A stretch of 39,281 bases of DNA, taken from the IMG/VR virus record IMGVR_UViG_3300034091_000183, positions 1-39,281 of that record, one strand, 5' to 3'. A program made the position numbers and the translations under genes. Source of the stretch: a virus (lineage: Duplodnaviria > Caudoviricetes). The notes under the pieces are model-generated. The model had not been told where the DNA came from. It searched no databases and was given only the letters and a program-made list of their open reading frames with translations. How positions within the stretch are numbered: position 1 is the first letter of the stretch; every line of letters begins with the position of its first letter. Of this stretch, positions 9,362 through 20,060 are shown piece after piece.

Positions 9362-10183
9362 ATGCCCAACGTACAACCGATAGTTTTCCCGGTTCTCGAG
9401 GACGTCATGAACCTCGCGCGCTCGATGGTCAACGACATGTTCCCGGGCGTTGGTGGAGTGAACGGCCGGGTGCTGACCGACACCGCGCCTTTCACGCTGC
9501 CGTATCTCAACTCGGGGATCAGCTACATCACGCGCAAGCTTCGCAACGAAGGCGTGACCTTTCCGATCATCGACGGGTGGGTGCTGCACGCGATCCCGCC
9601 GGTGGTGCAGGCCGATCCGTCCGTCTTCGTGAACATCAGCTACAACGGCTATAACAACGGCACTCAGAACTTCGCGACTCCGAAGCTGCCCGGCGACTGC
9701 TACCACATTTACGAAGTGCGCCAGCGGGTCACCGGATCGAATCTTCCGTTCACGCTCGTCACGCAACCGAACTCCGGTCTGTGCTCGAGCTATCAGAACC
9801 AGTGGTTCGCGCAGTGGGAGACCCGCGGCTTCGCGCTGTGGCTGAACGGATCTCTGCAGACCATGGACCTGATGCTTCGCTATCAGCAGCTCCAGCCGCC
9901 GATCAACACTCCGGCCGCGGACTTCCCAAACACGCCGGTGTACATCATCGATTGCACTGACGCGCTCGCCGCGCACGTCGCGGTCATGTACGGCAGCGCT
10001 CGCGGCGCGAATCCGCAGGCGATCAAAGACAAGCAGGACTACCGCGACGACTGCATTTCGGACATGGCGAACGAGTACATCCGCCGCGGCCAGACGGTCA
10101 GTCACCAGCGGCAGTCTTACCAGGGCGGTGGATCTGAGAACACCGGCAACACGAATCTCGGCACGACAGGGACGGTGGGCTAA
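9362..10183 (+). CDS. Putative head-tail adaptor / tail tubular protein A-like
   Basis: 273 aa; N-terminal helix LEDVMNLARSMVND, beta middle and C-terminal helices; position fits. Confidence 0.55.
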   Translation: MPNVQPIVFPVLEDVMNLARSMVNDMFPGVGGVNGRVLTDTAPFTLPYLNSGISYITRKLRNEGVTFPIIDGWVLHAIPPVVQADPSVFVNISYNGYNNGTQNFATPKLPGDCYHIYEVRQRVTGSNLPFTLVTQPNSGLCSSYQNQWFAQWETRGFALWLNGSLQTMDLMLRYQQLQPPINTPAADFPNTPVYIIDCTDALAAHVAVMYGSARGANPQAIKDKQDYRDDCISDMANEYIRRGQTVSHQRQSYQGGGSENTGNTNLGTTGTVG

Positions 10184-11187
10184 TGTCTGTCTTCTATCGC
10201 ACGCAGGGATCGATCAACTCGGCGCAAGGACCGGCGCTCGACGGCGTGTACATCTACATCTGCTCGCAGCCAGCGAGCACCGGATCGATTCCTCCTTCGC
10301 CGCTGATTTCGTTGTACACCGATTCAACCGGCGCAACTCCGCTGACGAATCCTGTGGTCACTGACGGCCTGGGCAATTGGTTCGCGTACGCGGCGCTCGG
10401 CACCTACACCTTCGTGATCTACGATCCCATCGGCCGGATCCCCACGACGATCTTTCCCGATCAGCCGGTGGTCACCCAGGGCGGCGGATCTCTCACGAGT
10501 GTCGCGCTGTCGATGCCGGTGGAGTTCAGTGTCAGCGGATCTCCGATCACTTCGGCCGGAACGATCACGGTCAGCAAGGCAAACGAAAACGCGAACACCG
10601 TCTATGCCGGTCCTTCGACAGGAAGCCCGGCCGCGCCGACTTTCCGCGCGTTGACGAGTTCGGATCTTCCTTCCGGTGTGGTCTCGAGCGTAGCGATCAG
10701 CACGACTGGATCGAGTCCGGTTCTGTCGATCACCGTGACCGGATCTCCGATCACCAGCTCAGGCACGATAACTATCCCGGTGACCTTCGTGAATTTCTCG
10801 GCGAATACTTTTCTCGCCGGGCCAGCTTCGGGAGCATCGGCCGCACCGACGGCACGCTCGATGGTTGCCGCGGATATCTTCGGCCTGGTGCCGACAAGCT
10901 TCACTCCCACGCCGACGTTCAACGCGGCGACTTATCCGATTCCGACTTTCACCATGACGCTGACCGGCAACGTGACCGCAAGTACGATCACGAATCCGAC
11001 GAACGGCCAGATGATCATGTTCATCCTGACTCAGGACGGCACCGGCGGCCGCACGTTCGCCTGGCCATCCAACTCGAAGGGATCTGTCAACGTCGACTAC
11101 AACGCGAACGCTGTGACAGTGGAGACTTTCGTTTACGACGGCACGTACTGGCGTGGAACTGATCCAGGCAATACGAACGCGACGTAA
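10183..11187 (+). CDS. Tail fibre / virion appendage protein with internal repeat
   Basis: Two copies of SV..S...GSPIT.SGTIT...N..AN.V/F.AGP..G..AAPT.R; C-terminal LTQDGTGGRTFAWP segment; Ser/Thr-rich. Confidence 0.65.
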   Translation: MSVFYRTQGSINSAQGPALDGVYIYICSQPASTGSIPPSPLISLYTDSTGATPLTNPVVTDGLGNWFAYAALGTYTFVIYDPIGRIPTTIFPDQPVVTQGGGSLTSVALSMPVEFSVSGSPITSAGTITVSKANENANTVYAGPSTGSPAAPTFRALTSSDLPSGVVSSVAISTTGSSPVLSITVTGSPITSSGTITIPVTFVNFSANTFLAGPASGASAAPTARSMVAADIFGLVPTSFTPTPTFNAATYPIPTFTMTLTGNVTASTITNPTNGQMIMFILTQDGTGGRTFAWPSNSKGSVNVDYNANAVTVETFVYDGTYWRGTDPGNTNAT

Positions 11188-11278
11188 ACGATGCAAGCGG
11201 CGTGACTCAGCACACGATTCTACACAACAAAGCTGGGGCGGCGTTCTCGAATGCGCTGGCAAGTTCTGAGGAGAAGAA

Positions 11279-11659
11279 ATGGCTCTTTGCACACTCACGA
11301 TCTCGAACGTGCAGTACGACAACACCCAGAAGCGGCAGCACATCTACGGGCAGATCACCGTGACCCCGGCCACCGGAGTCTATCCGGCTGGCGGGATCCC
11401 GTTTGATTCCGTGTTGCTGGCGCTGCCGGGCGTGACCACGAACTCTGGTGTGAAGTTCACGCTGATTCAATCGGCTCTCGGAAGCGGCTTCATCTATCAG
11501 CGCATTCCGTCCACCGGTGCCATGATGATTTTGATGGTGCCACCGAACGGATCGCTGACCACCGCGTCTCCGTTGCAGCAGATTCCCTCGAACTACAACA
11601 TGCAGGGCATCTGCAACGACACCATCGAGTTCCACGCGACGGTCTTCCGCAATTCCTAA
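11279..11659 (+). CDS. Small virion-associated hypothetical protein
   Basis: GAGGAG SD; beta-rich 126 aa with YPAGGIP motif. Confidence 0.65.
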   Translation: MALCTLTISNVQYDNTQKRQHIYGQITVTPATGVYPAGGIPFDSVLLALPGVTTNSGVKFTLIQSALGSGFIYQRIPSTGAMMILMVPPNGSLTTASPLQQIPSNYNMQGICNDTIEFHATVFRNS

Positions 11660-11728
11660 CGGACTAGGGGGGGAACTGCGGAGAGGGTCTGGGCCGTTAA
11701 CCGGCGGCCCAGATTTCCTTGGTGACTC

Positions 11729-14700
11729 GTGAACAATGTCGAACAACCATTTGTTGCAGTTCCGCTCGAGCTGATCGGCGGCCTGTACACCGAAGCCACG
11801 CCGGAGACTCTGCCTCTTGGCGCGAGCCCTCGTGTGATCAATTGCGATTTCATCCTGGGCTCGAATCTGCAGCGCCCAGGAAAGCAGAGCGCGTTTCAGT
11901 ACTACGGTTCGTATCTCACGAAGGCCACGAAGCACGCGTCGACGCAGCCAGGAGCATTCGCGCCGAACGAAGATCCCTGGACGACACCGTCGAACGCGAC
12001 ACTCAACACTCCTGGAACGTACGCGACAGCCACGCTGAACTTTGCCGGTGGTGGTGCGAGCGCGCTCGATCAGCAAACCACAGCCGCATCGGCCGGAGCT
12101 CCGTTCAATGTCGGACCACTCACGCCGACATTCCCAGACGAGTGGGCATTCTTCGTCGAGGTCTCGGAGCAAACCAGCTTCAACACCGGTCCATTCCCGG
12201 GAACCTGGACGAATATTTTCGGTCCCACCGGCGCGGAGCTGGCGTACGTCCAGGGACTCACTTCCACCGCACCGTTCACGGCGACAGGCACCTGGTCCGC
12301 GGGTGCGCCGAACTGGTGCGCGATCCTTGCTCTCTTCTTCACCAACGGAAGTTCACCGGCGCTCGCGCAGACGAATCACGTCAGCATCGCCGGTGCCGAC
12401 AGCATCGGTGTCACGCTGCCTGGCAACACCACACCAGGAAACACGCTGATCATTTTCGCCGGTGGCTATATGTCGACGGGCCAGACGACACCGACAAGCC
12501 CGACAATCACCGACAGCCAGGGCAACACGTTCACGCACATCAACCAGGCTTTCTATCCCGGCCGGTCATTGCATTTCTGCACGCAGGTCGACGCGTGGGT
12601 CGTGGGCGTTACGCAGAACGCTGGCGAGACGGTGACGATTCACGGGCTCGGAACACTCTTCGAGAGCGGTGTGCTGTACGTCGGCGAGGTCACCAACCTG
12701 GTCGCGCCTGCTCCGACTCCTGATGTGACGCAGCAACTGCAGTGCATCAACTACGGATACTCGATCAATCCCGCGGTCATTCCGCTCGGATTCACCGTGT
12801 CGGTCTTCGGCAACCAGACCACGCAGACTGATTCACAGGTGTACATCCAGGTCGGCGTGCTGAACGGCACGAGCGCTTCTCCGACGTTCACCGGCATGCT
12901 GCCTGCGAGTGACGGCAACGCGCTGACGCTCGGAACTCCGCTCCAGAACTGGGGGCTGCAGCTCACTCCGGCGCTGGTGAACAGTCCGAACTTCGGAGTT
13001 TACGTGGTGGCGTACGCGACGGACGGAACGGTCCAGACCTTCAACATTTATTCGGTGGAGATCAATCTCTACCTGTCGCCGGATCCGCCGCCCAGCTTCA
13101 ACTACCTGAAGACTTTCGCGGAGACCGGCGGCGAAGTGCTGAACATGGCGCTCGGAAGCGACGGCGTGTTCTACCAGGAAGACGCCATCAACAATCCCAC
13201 CGTGTTGAGCACGGTATATACCGAGATCCAGCCGAACTCGTTCGCGCAGTCGGCCACCGTCGATGATCGCGAGTTCATCGCCATCTCGAATCTGCAGAAC
13301 GGCACAGACATCCCGCTGACGTACACGCCGCCGAACTTTGACCGGCTGACGCAAGTCGGACCAGGCGCGCCGCCGAGCTGCACGGCGACCACCAGCGGCA
13401 GCGCCATCGCGACCATCGAGCAGCAAGCACCTTTCACGATTCCGTCGCACGCGAGTGGACCGTACAGCAGCTTCATCGATGTCAGCGCCGGAACCACTGC
13501 GATTGGAACCTTCGGCGCGGCGTCGACGCCCGGCAACGTGTGCTTCATTGTTCTCAACAAGAACGTCGCGCTGCCCACGTACACGCTGAACGGCAAGACC
13601 ATGCAGGTCTTCGAGGTCGGCACGAATTTCGTTATCACCGGATGCCCGACAATCAACGGCAACGTCGTGAACAACGATCCCACCGGCGTGAACGCGCCGC
13701 CCTACTACACGGTCACCGCTGTCGGCCAGCCGATCACCGGCCAGACGTACTACGATGCCATTCAGTTCACAGTGACCTTCACGACTTTCGGAGGCGCGAA
13801 TACCCTCGGAAACAATGGCGTTCCAGCGGGTATCAAGATTCAGTCGACGCTTGCGACCATGGTCACCGCGGTGCAGGTCCCGAATCTCGAGGTCGGCGAT
13901 CAGTTCGAGGACAGCGGCACCGGCGGCGCGCCACCGGCCGGTTACGACGGCAGTTGGCAAGTCACCGCGACACCGAACGCGTCGAACCTGACGATCACCT
14001 CCACGCAACTTCTCAATAACGTGGCGACCTACGGGTTCGCCATCGAGACCGGATCGAATCCGGCAGTCGGCCAGGCGGTCACGGTCCAGCAGACCTTGAA
14101 CGGCAACGGGATCTTCAACGTCGCCCAGGCGATCATCACCGCTGTCGTCGGCGGGACCTTCTCGATCAGTCTGCCTGGTCCAAACATTTCGGCCGTTGGC
14201 GAAAGCGGCACCGGCCTGATCTTCGGCACGATCTTCCAGTTCGATCCGCTGCAGATCGTTGGAAACGTCCTCGGCGGCACCATCGCTTCGACAGGAACCA
14301 TCGCCACCGGCCAGCGCATGTGCTGCTATTCGTTCTTGACGCGCAATGGATTCGTGACCAAGCCTTCGCCGGTCTTCACGTTCGATATCGTCGGCGGCGT
14401 GTCACAGCTTGCCGTGGCCAACCTGCTCACCGGCCCGTCGAACGTGATCGCGCGAATCATTCACTTCACTCCGGCGAACGGCGGCCAGTTCTACAACATC
14501 GAGAATCCGGTCACGGTCCTGGTCAACGGAGTGTCGACGACTTTCAGTTCGACCTACGTCAACGACAACGTGTCGACGAACGTGCTGCTCAACTTCACCG
14601 ACTCGATCCTGACCGCTGGCCAGGAGATCGACATCGAGGGTTACAACCTCTTCGAGAACTACGAACTCGGGAGCTGCACCGCGATCATTCCCTACGCGCA

Positions 14701-16429
14701 GCGGATCTTTGTCGTCGGCGAACAGAACAAAGTCTTCAACCTGCTGAACTATTCGTTCGACGGCGGCGTGCAGGTCACGCAGTCGCAAGGAGGATCGCAG
14801 TCGACTTATCCGGCCGGATGGACTCTCGATCCGACCTATGGCGGCGGCATCGCTGTCGTGAACTCTCCGATCTTCGGCAGCGCTCTGCAGATCTACAACC
14901 AGACGGGATCCACGCAGGCGGCTTACGGCCGGATCGCGCAGAACGCGTATCAAGACGAAGACATGGTCCCGATCATCAACGCGTCGACGACCTACAGCAT
15001 TCGTGTCACTGCGTCCAATCCAACGGCGAACAATACCGGCGCGCTGATCGTGGATCTCTGGAGCACTTCGCTCAATCGTACGGTGGGGATCTTCTCGGTC
15101 CAGCTCGTGAACATGACCACCTCGATGGCCATCTACACCGGAACGCTGCTGACCACTGTGCTCGCGCCAGTGCCGAACGATCTGCAGATTCGTATCTGGG
15201 TTGAAGCGATGGCCAATGGCGCTGAGATTCAGATTGATCGAATCGAACCGTTCCCGACAGAAGCGCCGAATCTGAACACGCAAGTCATCGGCAGCTATCA
15301 GAACGAGTACGAACAGTTTGATCGAATCACCGGTGTCATTCTGGGTACGCAGCAGAACCAGCAACCGATCACTTCTGGATTCACGTTTGGATCCGGCTCG
15401 CTCTATCTGCTGAAGACCGGATCTCTGCTCGCGGTGAACGACAATCCTGCGACAGAACCGTCGTACTGGAATGTTCCGCGCGTGGTGTCGCCGTCTGTCG
15501 GCGGCCCTGGTCCGTACTGCGTGACGTCGTCCATCGATGAAGCAAACTCCGGCGAACAGTGGTCAGTGATCGTCGGCCAGGCCGGTGCGTTCCTGTTCCA
15601 GGGCCAGCAGCCGATCAAGCTATCGGAAGAAATCCAGTCGGTGATTTCACAGATCAACTGGGCCTACGGCTACACCATGTGGGTGAAGAACGACATCAAG
15701 AACCGGCGGATCCTCTGGGGCGTCCCGCTCAACGAACTCAACGCCCTCGGACAATCTCCGTTCTGGCTTCCGTCCGGTGTGATCGCGAACGGAACAAATC
15801 CGACCACGCCGAACGTGATCATCGAGATGAACTACAAGCAGTTGAACACTGCCGGTGCCGTCGAAGAAAGCGTGCAGATCCATCGCAGCTATTCGGGCAA
15901 GCTGATCGCTTCGGACATCGTCCGCAAGTGGAGCATCTGGACGATCAAGGCTCCCTGCGCCGCGTTCCTGCAGCGCGCTGACACCACGAGTCCACTGTTC
16001 GTCGGAAACTCGGATCACAACGCGAAGATCTTCCAGCTCGTCGACGGCCTGCTCCAGGACGACGGCGCGGCCATCGATCAGATCTACTTCACTGCGGGAT
16101 TCGTGCCGAGTGAGACCGGCCAGGGCTTGCAGATCGGCCTGGTGCGTTACACGTTCGAGTACATGACCATGATCTTGAACGGCACCGGCCCGATTGCCAT
16201 CACCGCGTATCCGAACTCGCTCGCGACTCCGTACGCGTTGCCGCTGTTGCCGAATCTCACGCAGCCGATCTCCACGAACGGTGACGTTGAGATCCCGATC
16301 AACGAAGTGGGCAGCCGCTGCTTCCTGGGATTCGAGTGCAATGCCGTCGGCGCAGGTTTCCAACTTGCGCGTGTGGTTATGTCCATGGTCAAAGATCCCT
16401 GGTCGCCGGTGCGCGGCTGGAACGGATAA
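11729..16429 (+). CDS. Large tail/nozzle (packaged-DNA stabilisation / tail tubular B-like) protein with inserted beta domains
   Basis: 1566 aa; N-terminal GGLYTEATPETLPLGASPRVINCDF and C-terminal propeller-like region (QPIKLSEEI, DIKNRRILWGVP); Thr/Ser/Gly-rich inserts. Confidence 0.65.
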   Translation: MNNVEQPFVAVPLELIGGLYTEATPETLPLGASPRVINCDFILGSNLQRPGKQSAFQYYGSYLTKATKHASTQPGAFAPNEDPWTTPSNATLNTPGTYATATLNFAGGGASALDQQTTAASAGAPFNVGPLTPTFPDEWAFFVEVSEQTSFNTGPFPGTWTNIFGPTGAELAYVQGLTSTAPFTATGTWSAGAPNWCAILALFFTNGSSPALAQTNHVSIAGADSIGVTLPGNTTPGNTLIIFAGGYMSTGQTTPTSPTITDSQGNTFTHINQAFYPGRSLHFCTQVDAWVVGVTQNAGETVTIHGLGTLFESGVLYVGEVTNLVAPAPTPDVTQQLQCINYGYSINPAVIPLGFTVSVFGNQTTQTDSQVYIQVGVLNGTSASPTFTGMLPASDGNALTLGTPLQNWGLQLTPALVNSPNFGVYVVAYATDGTVQTFNIYSVEINLYLSPDPPPSFNYLKTFAETGGEVLNMALGSDGVFYQEDAINNPTVLSTVYTEIQPNSFAQSATVDDREFIAISNLQNGTDIPLTYTPPNFDRLTQVGPGAPPSCTATTSGSAIATIEQQAPFTIPSHASGPYSSFIDVSAGTTAIGTFGAASTPGNVCFIVLNKNVALPTYTLNGKTMQVFEVGTNFVITGCPTINGNVVNNDPTGVNAPPYYTVTAVGQPITGQTYYDAIQFTVTFTTFGGANTLGNNGVPAGIKIQSTLATMVTAVQVPNLEVGDQFEDSGTGGAPPAGYDGSWQVTATPNASNLTITSTQLLNNVATYGFAIETGSNPAVGQAVTVQQTLNGNGIFNVAQAIITAVVGGTFSISLPGPNISAVGESGTGLIFGTIFQFDPLQIVGNVLGGTIASTGTIATGQRMCCYSFLTRNGFVTKPSPVFTFDIVGGVSQLAVANLLTGPSNVIARIIHFTPANGGQFYNIENPVTVLVNGVSTTFSSTYVNDNVSTNVLLNFTDSILTAGQEIDIEGYNLFENYELGSCTAIIPYAQRIFVVGEQNKVFNLLNYSFDGGVQVTQSQGGSQSTYPAGWTLDPTYGGGIAVVNSPIFGSALQIYNQTGSTQAAYGRIAQNAYQDEDMVPIINASTTYSIRVTASNPTANNTGALIVDLWSTSLNRTVGIFSVQLVNMTTSMAIYTGTLLTTVLAPVPNDLQIRIWVEAMANGAEIQIDRIEPFPTEAPNLNTQVIGSYQNEYEQFDRITGVILGTQQNQQPITSGFTFGSGSLYLLKTGSLLAVNDNPATEPSYWNVPRVVSPSVGGPGPYCVTSSIDEANSGEQWSVIVGQAGAFLFQGQQPIKLSEEIQSVISQINWAYGYTMWVKNDIKNRRILWGVPLNELNALGQSPFWLPSGVIANGTNPTTPNVIIEMNYKQLNTAGAVEESVQIHRSYSGKLIASDIVRKWSIWTIKAPCAAFLQRADTTSPLFVGNSDHNAKIFQLVDGLLQDDGAAIDQIYFTAGFVPSETGQGLQIGLVRYTFEYMTMILNGTGPIAITAYPNSLATPYALPLLPNLTQPISTNGDVEIPINEVGSRCFLGFECNAVGAGFQLARVVMSMVKDPWSPVRGWNG

Positions 16430-16442
16430 GTACAGGATAATT

Positions 16443-17024
16443 ATGGCCCTCAGTTTTGAGACCGAAATCACGTTCCTCGAGAACATCCCGACTATCGGCC
16501 GATATCTCGGCACGGTGCTCCGCGGGATCCAGAACGGCGTGAACAATCTCGGCCAGAACCTCGGCGCGGAACCGGCCGGAACGATTCCCGCAGCTCCGCA
16601 GATCCAGGGTCTCACGGTGAAAGCCAACAATGGTGCGGTCCATGCGGTGATCAGCGATAACAACGCGATCTCGAAACACGTGAACTATTTTCTGGAGTAC
16701 GACACGAACCCAGCGTTCACACGGCCGCATGTCGAGCCTCTCCAGGCTTCTCGCAGCAAGATGATCACTCTCCCGGGTAAGGACGACAACGGAAAGACGC
16801 AGCAGTTCTACTTCCGCGCGTACTCGCAGTACCTGGGCGGCAATCCGGGAACGCCGGTGCATTTCGGTGGCACGACGCCGACGCCGGTCTCGCCTGGCGG
16901 CAATGTGCAGATGACGCTGATCCCGTCGACGGGATCCGGCACCGCGCAGCCGAACGGCCAGCAAGGCGGATCAGGTTTCGGAAAAGTTCTCTTCCGGCCG
17001 AGCCAGGTGAGGCAAGCTCCGTGA
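16443..17024 (+). CDS. Hypothetical virion protein
   Basis: ATG at 16443 within the listed 16194..17024 ORF, directly after the tail gene; short helix then FN3-like beta region. Confidence 0.65.
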   Translation: MALSFETEITFLENIPTIGRYLGTVLRGIQNGVNNLGQNLGAEPAGTIPAAPQIQGLTVKANNGAVHAVISDNNAISKHVNYFLEYDTNPAFTRPHVEPLQASRSKMITLPGKDDNGKTQQFYFRAYSQYLGGNPGTPVHFGGTTPTPVSPGGNVQMTLIPSTGSGTAQPNGQQGGSGFGKVLFRPSQVRQAP

Positions 17025-17464
17025 TTCGTGAGTTCGATTTTGCTCCCACGATGTTCCAGTCGGATCTTGAGAAGGCGCGCGAGATCCACAGGGCCAACGG
17101 ACTCGATGAGCGTTGCTTTCCAAATCTGACCATCAAGAACGCGCAGGGAGAAGAGGTTCCGAACCCGCTCTTCGTGGCCAAGGAAATCTTCGAGGCCGAA
17201 GGCAAGCCGGTGATGATGTGTTTTTTGAAGATGACCAGCGAGCTGTACTTGCTGATCGACCACAACGTGGGAACGCCGGAAGAACGCTGGGAGTGGTTGC
17301 AAGAGTTCAAGGAGTTCATGAAGCGGCGCGCGTGGCAGCTCGGGCTCGAGCAGATGACCGCGTTTGTGCCGACAGAGATCGAAGAAAGTTTCTCGAAGCG
17401 CCTGCTGGATCTTGGCTTCGTGAAGAGTCCCTGGCAGAGCTACACGCTGAACGTGGAAGACTAG
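17021..17464 (+). CDS. GNAT-like protein (positional analogue of P22 gp14 / T7 gp13)
   Basis: GTGA overlap; C-terminal AWQLGLEQMTAFV...SKRLLDLGF fits a GNAT motif; sits just before the ejection genes. Confidence 0.5.
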   Translation: MIREFDFAPTMFQSDLEKAREIHRANGLDERCFPNLTIKNAQGEEVPNPLFVAKEIFEAEGKPVMMCFLKMTSELYLLIDHNVGTPEERWEWLQEFKEFMKRRAWQLGLEQMTAFVPTEIEESFSKRLLDLGFVKSPWQSYTLNVED

Positions 17465-17528
17465 GTCACAAAAGATCCCGATTTGATGTACACTCTTCTC
17501 GAATCGGGTCGTACGCCAAGGTGGTGCT

Positions 17529-18194
17529 ATGGCTCGATTTCTCCTCAACCCGACGTTTGACATCGAAACGGGCAAACTCCTTTTTCACGACGGCGAATTT
17601 TTTGAAGAGCCTCGCATGCTCTTTGATCGCGGTGCAGTGAACCAGGCGAAAAGCCAGGGGCAGCAGGCTGGTGGTGTTGCGGCCAATTCACAGTCGCAAG
17701 CCAATACCGAGTATTCCTCCATCGTTCCAGGGCTGATCCGCCAGGCGAACAATCCCTATGGCTTTACCGCGCAGCAGAAGAACAACATGCTGACGCAAGG
17801 GGCTGAAGCGGCTGGCGGTGCGAACGCGACGGCCACGGGCGAAGGGCGTCTCGCCGCTCTTCGCTCGAGGACCGCCGGAGGATTTGCACCGGCACTCGAC
17901 GAAGCGGCGCGTGAAAAGGGCCGCCAACTCTCCGGCATCAATCTCGATGTTCAGAACCGCGATGCGATGCTCGCGAACCAGCGGCAACTGCAGGCGCAGC
18001 AGATGTTGCAAGGCCTGTACGGCACTGACACCTCGAACATGCTGCACGCCATGGGCATCCAGAGTCAGGATCTGCAGAACCAACTTGCGGCAGGCCGTCA
18101 GGGCTGGCTGCAGAACACCGAAGGAGTGATCGACACTATCGCCAATGCTGGGAAGGCAGGCGCTGGCGCTTACTCTGATGTGAAGAACGCGTAA
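17529..18194 (+). CDS. Putative ejection/internal virion protein 1
   Basis: Gln/Ala/Gly-rich helical 221 aa in the position of podovirus DNA-transfer proteins. Confidence 0.55.
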   Translation: MARFLLNPTFDIETGKLLFHDGEFFEEPRMLFDRGAVNQAKSQGQQAGGVAANSQSQANTEYSSIVPGLIRQANNPYGFTAQQKNNMLTQGAEAAGGANATATGEGRLAALRSRTAGGFAPALDEAAREKGRQLSGINLDVQNRDAMLANQRQLQAQQMLQGLYGTDTSNMLHAMGIQSQDLQNQLAAGRQGWLQNTEGVIDTIANAGKAGAGAYSDVKNA

Positions 18195-18200
18195 AAAACT

Positions 18201-20060
18201 ATGGCTCTCACACTTCAAGACATTCTCGGCTCGCCGGATGATCCGCAAGAGCTGAACGCGCACCTGACGGAACGTGGTTTGATCCCACCTCCGGTGGCAC
18301 CGCCGTCGACTATCGCGCCTGCACCGATCACACCGGCCGTGCCGGGCGGTCCAGTCGCGCCGATGACGCCGCCGGAACGGCCTGTATCGAGCGCACGAGA
18401 TCGCGAATTGATGCTTGGCGCTACGTCATCGCCGATTCAGCCGATGGCGAAGCCCACAAATCTCGAAGCAGCGCCAAATCTTTCGGCCGCACCTGCTCTC
18501 GGAGCTCCGATGGGTGGTGAATCACTCGTAAAACCGATGACACCGCCCTCGGATCTCTCGCACGCAGAAAAAATGGCGTTGCCGATCCAATCTGCCGGTG
18601 TTCCTGATATCGGAAGCTCCGCATACACGCGAAACGAGCTCGAACGACTCGCGGAACAGAAGGCGCATCCATGGGGAACCGCTGAAAATCATCCTGGGGC
18701 GCTGGGAAAGATCGGTCACGTGCTCGGACGCGTCGGAAATATCGCCGCGGACATCCTCGCGCCAGGAATTGCGCTGAATATTCCCGGATCTGACCTCAAC
18801 AAGCTCGCCGAGGAGAATCGTTTGAAGCGGGAGCTCGGTACACGCACCGCCGCGGAGGGCCAGGCGAAGAATTTGGCGTCAGAAGAGGCCGCGCGTGATG
18901 TTCAGACCGAAGAAGGACGCCAGCGGCTGATGAAACAGCAGACGGAAGAGAATCTCGTCACCGATTCGCAGGGTTACGTCACTGGGTACAAGGATCCACT
19001 CGGAAAATTGCACTCCATCGACGAAGCTGGCACTCCGCAAGCGATCAAGGACATCGCTGCGAACACAGAAGCGAGGACGGTCAAGCCCAGCATCGAAAAA
19101 ATGGACAACGGAGACATCGTCGCGATCACACCAGGACGTGGCGGCGCAGCTCCGACGTCGCAAGTCGTCTATCACGGCGATCCGAAGCTTGAAACCGAGC
19201 TCACGCAGCGCACCGTGAACGGCCAGGAGCACAAGATCCTGGTGAACAAGAAAACCGGCGAAGACATCAAGGATCTTGGCGCGTTCAAGACGGAAACTTC
19301 TCCGGCGGCCGCGCTCCAGAAGATGAAGAGCAACGAGGAGATGGTTCTCGGCTACGACAAGGACAATAAGGCGCATTTGATGTCCCGTGAGGACGCTGAA
19401 GCCGCCGGTTTGCAGCACATCTCGAAGGCGGAAGCTGGCGCACTCGATAAAGCGAGCACACACCACGTGGTTCTGAACACGCTGCAGACGCAGCTCAACA
19501 ATGTGGTCGATGCGGCCGATGCGCTCGATCAGAACGTGTTCCAGCGCGGAATTATCGCCCAGGCGCTCTCGCATCCGTCGAACACGACTGTCGACAATCT
19601 CTGGCGCGCCGGAGTGATGCAAGGCGCGAGCGAAAAAACGCAGCGGTACGTCCAGGCGGTGATCGCGCTTCGTGAAGCCGGTCTCGCGTTGCCGAAGGAG
19701 ATCACTGGAGGCTCGCGTGTGTCGGAAGTCCAGGCTTCTGCGTTGTGGCAGGGCATGCCGAGCGCAACTTCGATGAACAGCAAGTACGCGATCAATCAAT
19801 CGAAGAAATTCCAGAGTGATATCGACAGGTTGCGTCAGCGCGCTCCGCAAGTTCGCGGAATCGACATGACTGAGCCTGACAAGAGGCTCGCTGAACACAA
19901 AGCCGCCGGTGGTGGAGCGGCTGCTGCTCCTCCGGCCGGAAAAACAACCGTCTACGATCCGAAAGGTGAACCACACTTCGTGAACTCGGATAAAGTCGAC
20001 AAGTTTTTGAACGATCCCAACTACAAAGGTTGGACAAAGAATGCCCCCAAGGGAGGATGA
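18201..20060 (+). CDS. Putative ejection/internal virion protein 2
   Basis: 619 aa; Pro-rich N-terminus, coiled segments; position fits. Confidence 0.55.
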   Translation: MALTLQDILGSPDDPQELNAHLTERGLIPPPVAPPSTIAPAPITPAVPGGPVAPMTPPERPVSSARDRELMLGATSSPIQPMAKPTNLEAAPNLSAAPALGAPMGGESLVKPMTPPSDLSHAEKMALPIQSAGVPDIGSSAYTRNELERLAEQKAHPWGTAENHPGALGKIGHVLGRVGNIAADILAPGIALNIPGSDLNKLAEENRLKRELGTRTAAEGQAKNLASEEAARDVQTEEGRQRLMKQQTEENLVTDSQGYVTGYKDPLGKLHSIDEAGTPQAIKDIAANTEARTVKPSIEKMDNGDIVAITPGRGGAAPTSQVVYHGDPKLETELTQRTVNGQEHKILVNKKTGEDIKDLGAFKTETSPAAALQKMKSNEEMVLGYDKDNKAHLMSREDAEAAGLQHISKAEAGALDKASTHHVVLNTLQTQLNNVVDAADALDQNVFQRGIIAQALSHPSNTTVDNLWRAGVMQGASEKTQRYVQAVIALREAGLALPKEITGGSRVSEVQASALWQGMPSATSMNSKYAINQSKKFQSDIDRLRQRAPQVRGIDMTEPDKRLAEHKAAGGGAAAAPPAGKTTVYDPKGEPHFVNSDKVDKFLNDPNYKGWTKNAPKGG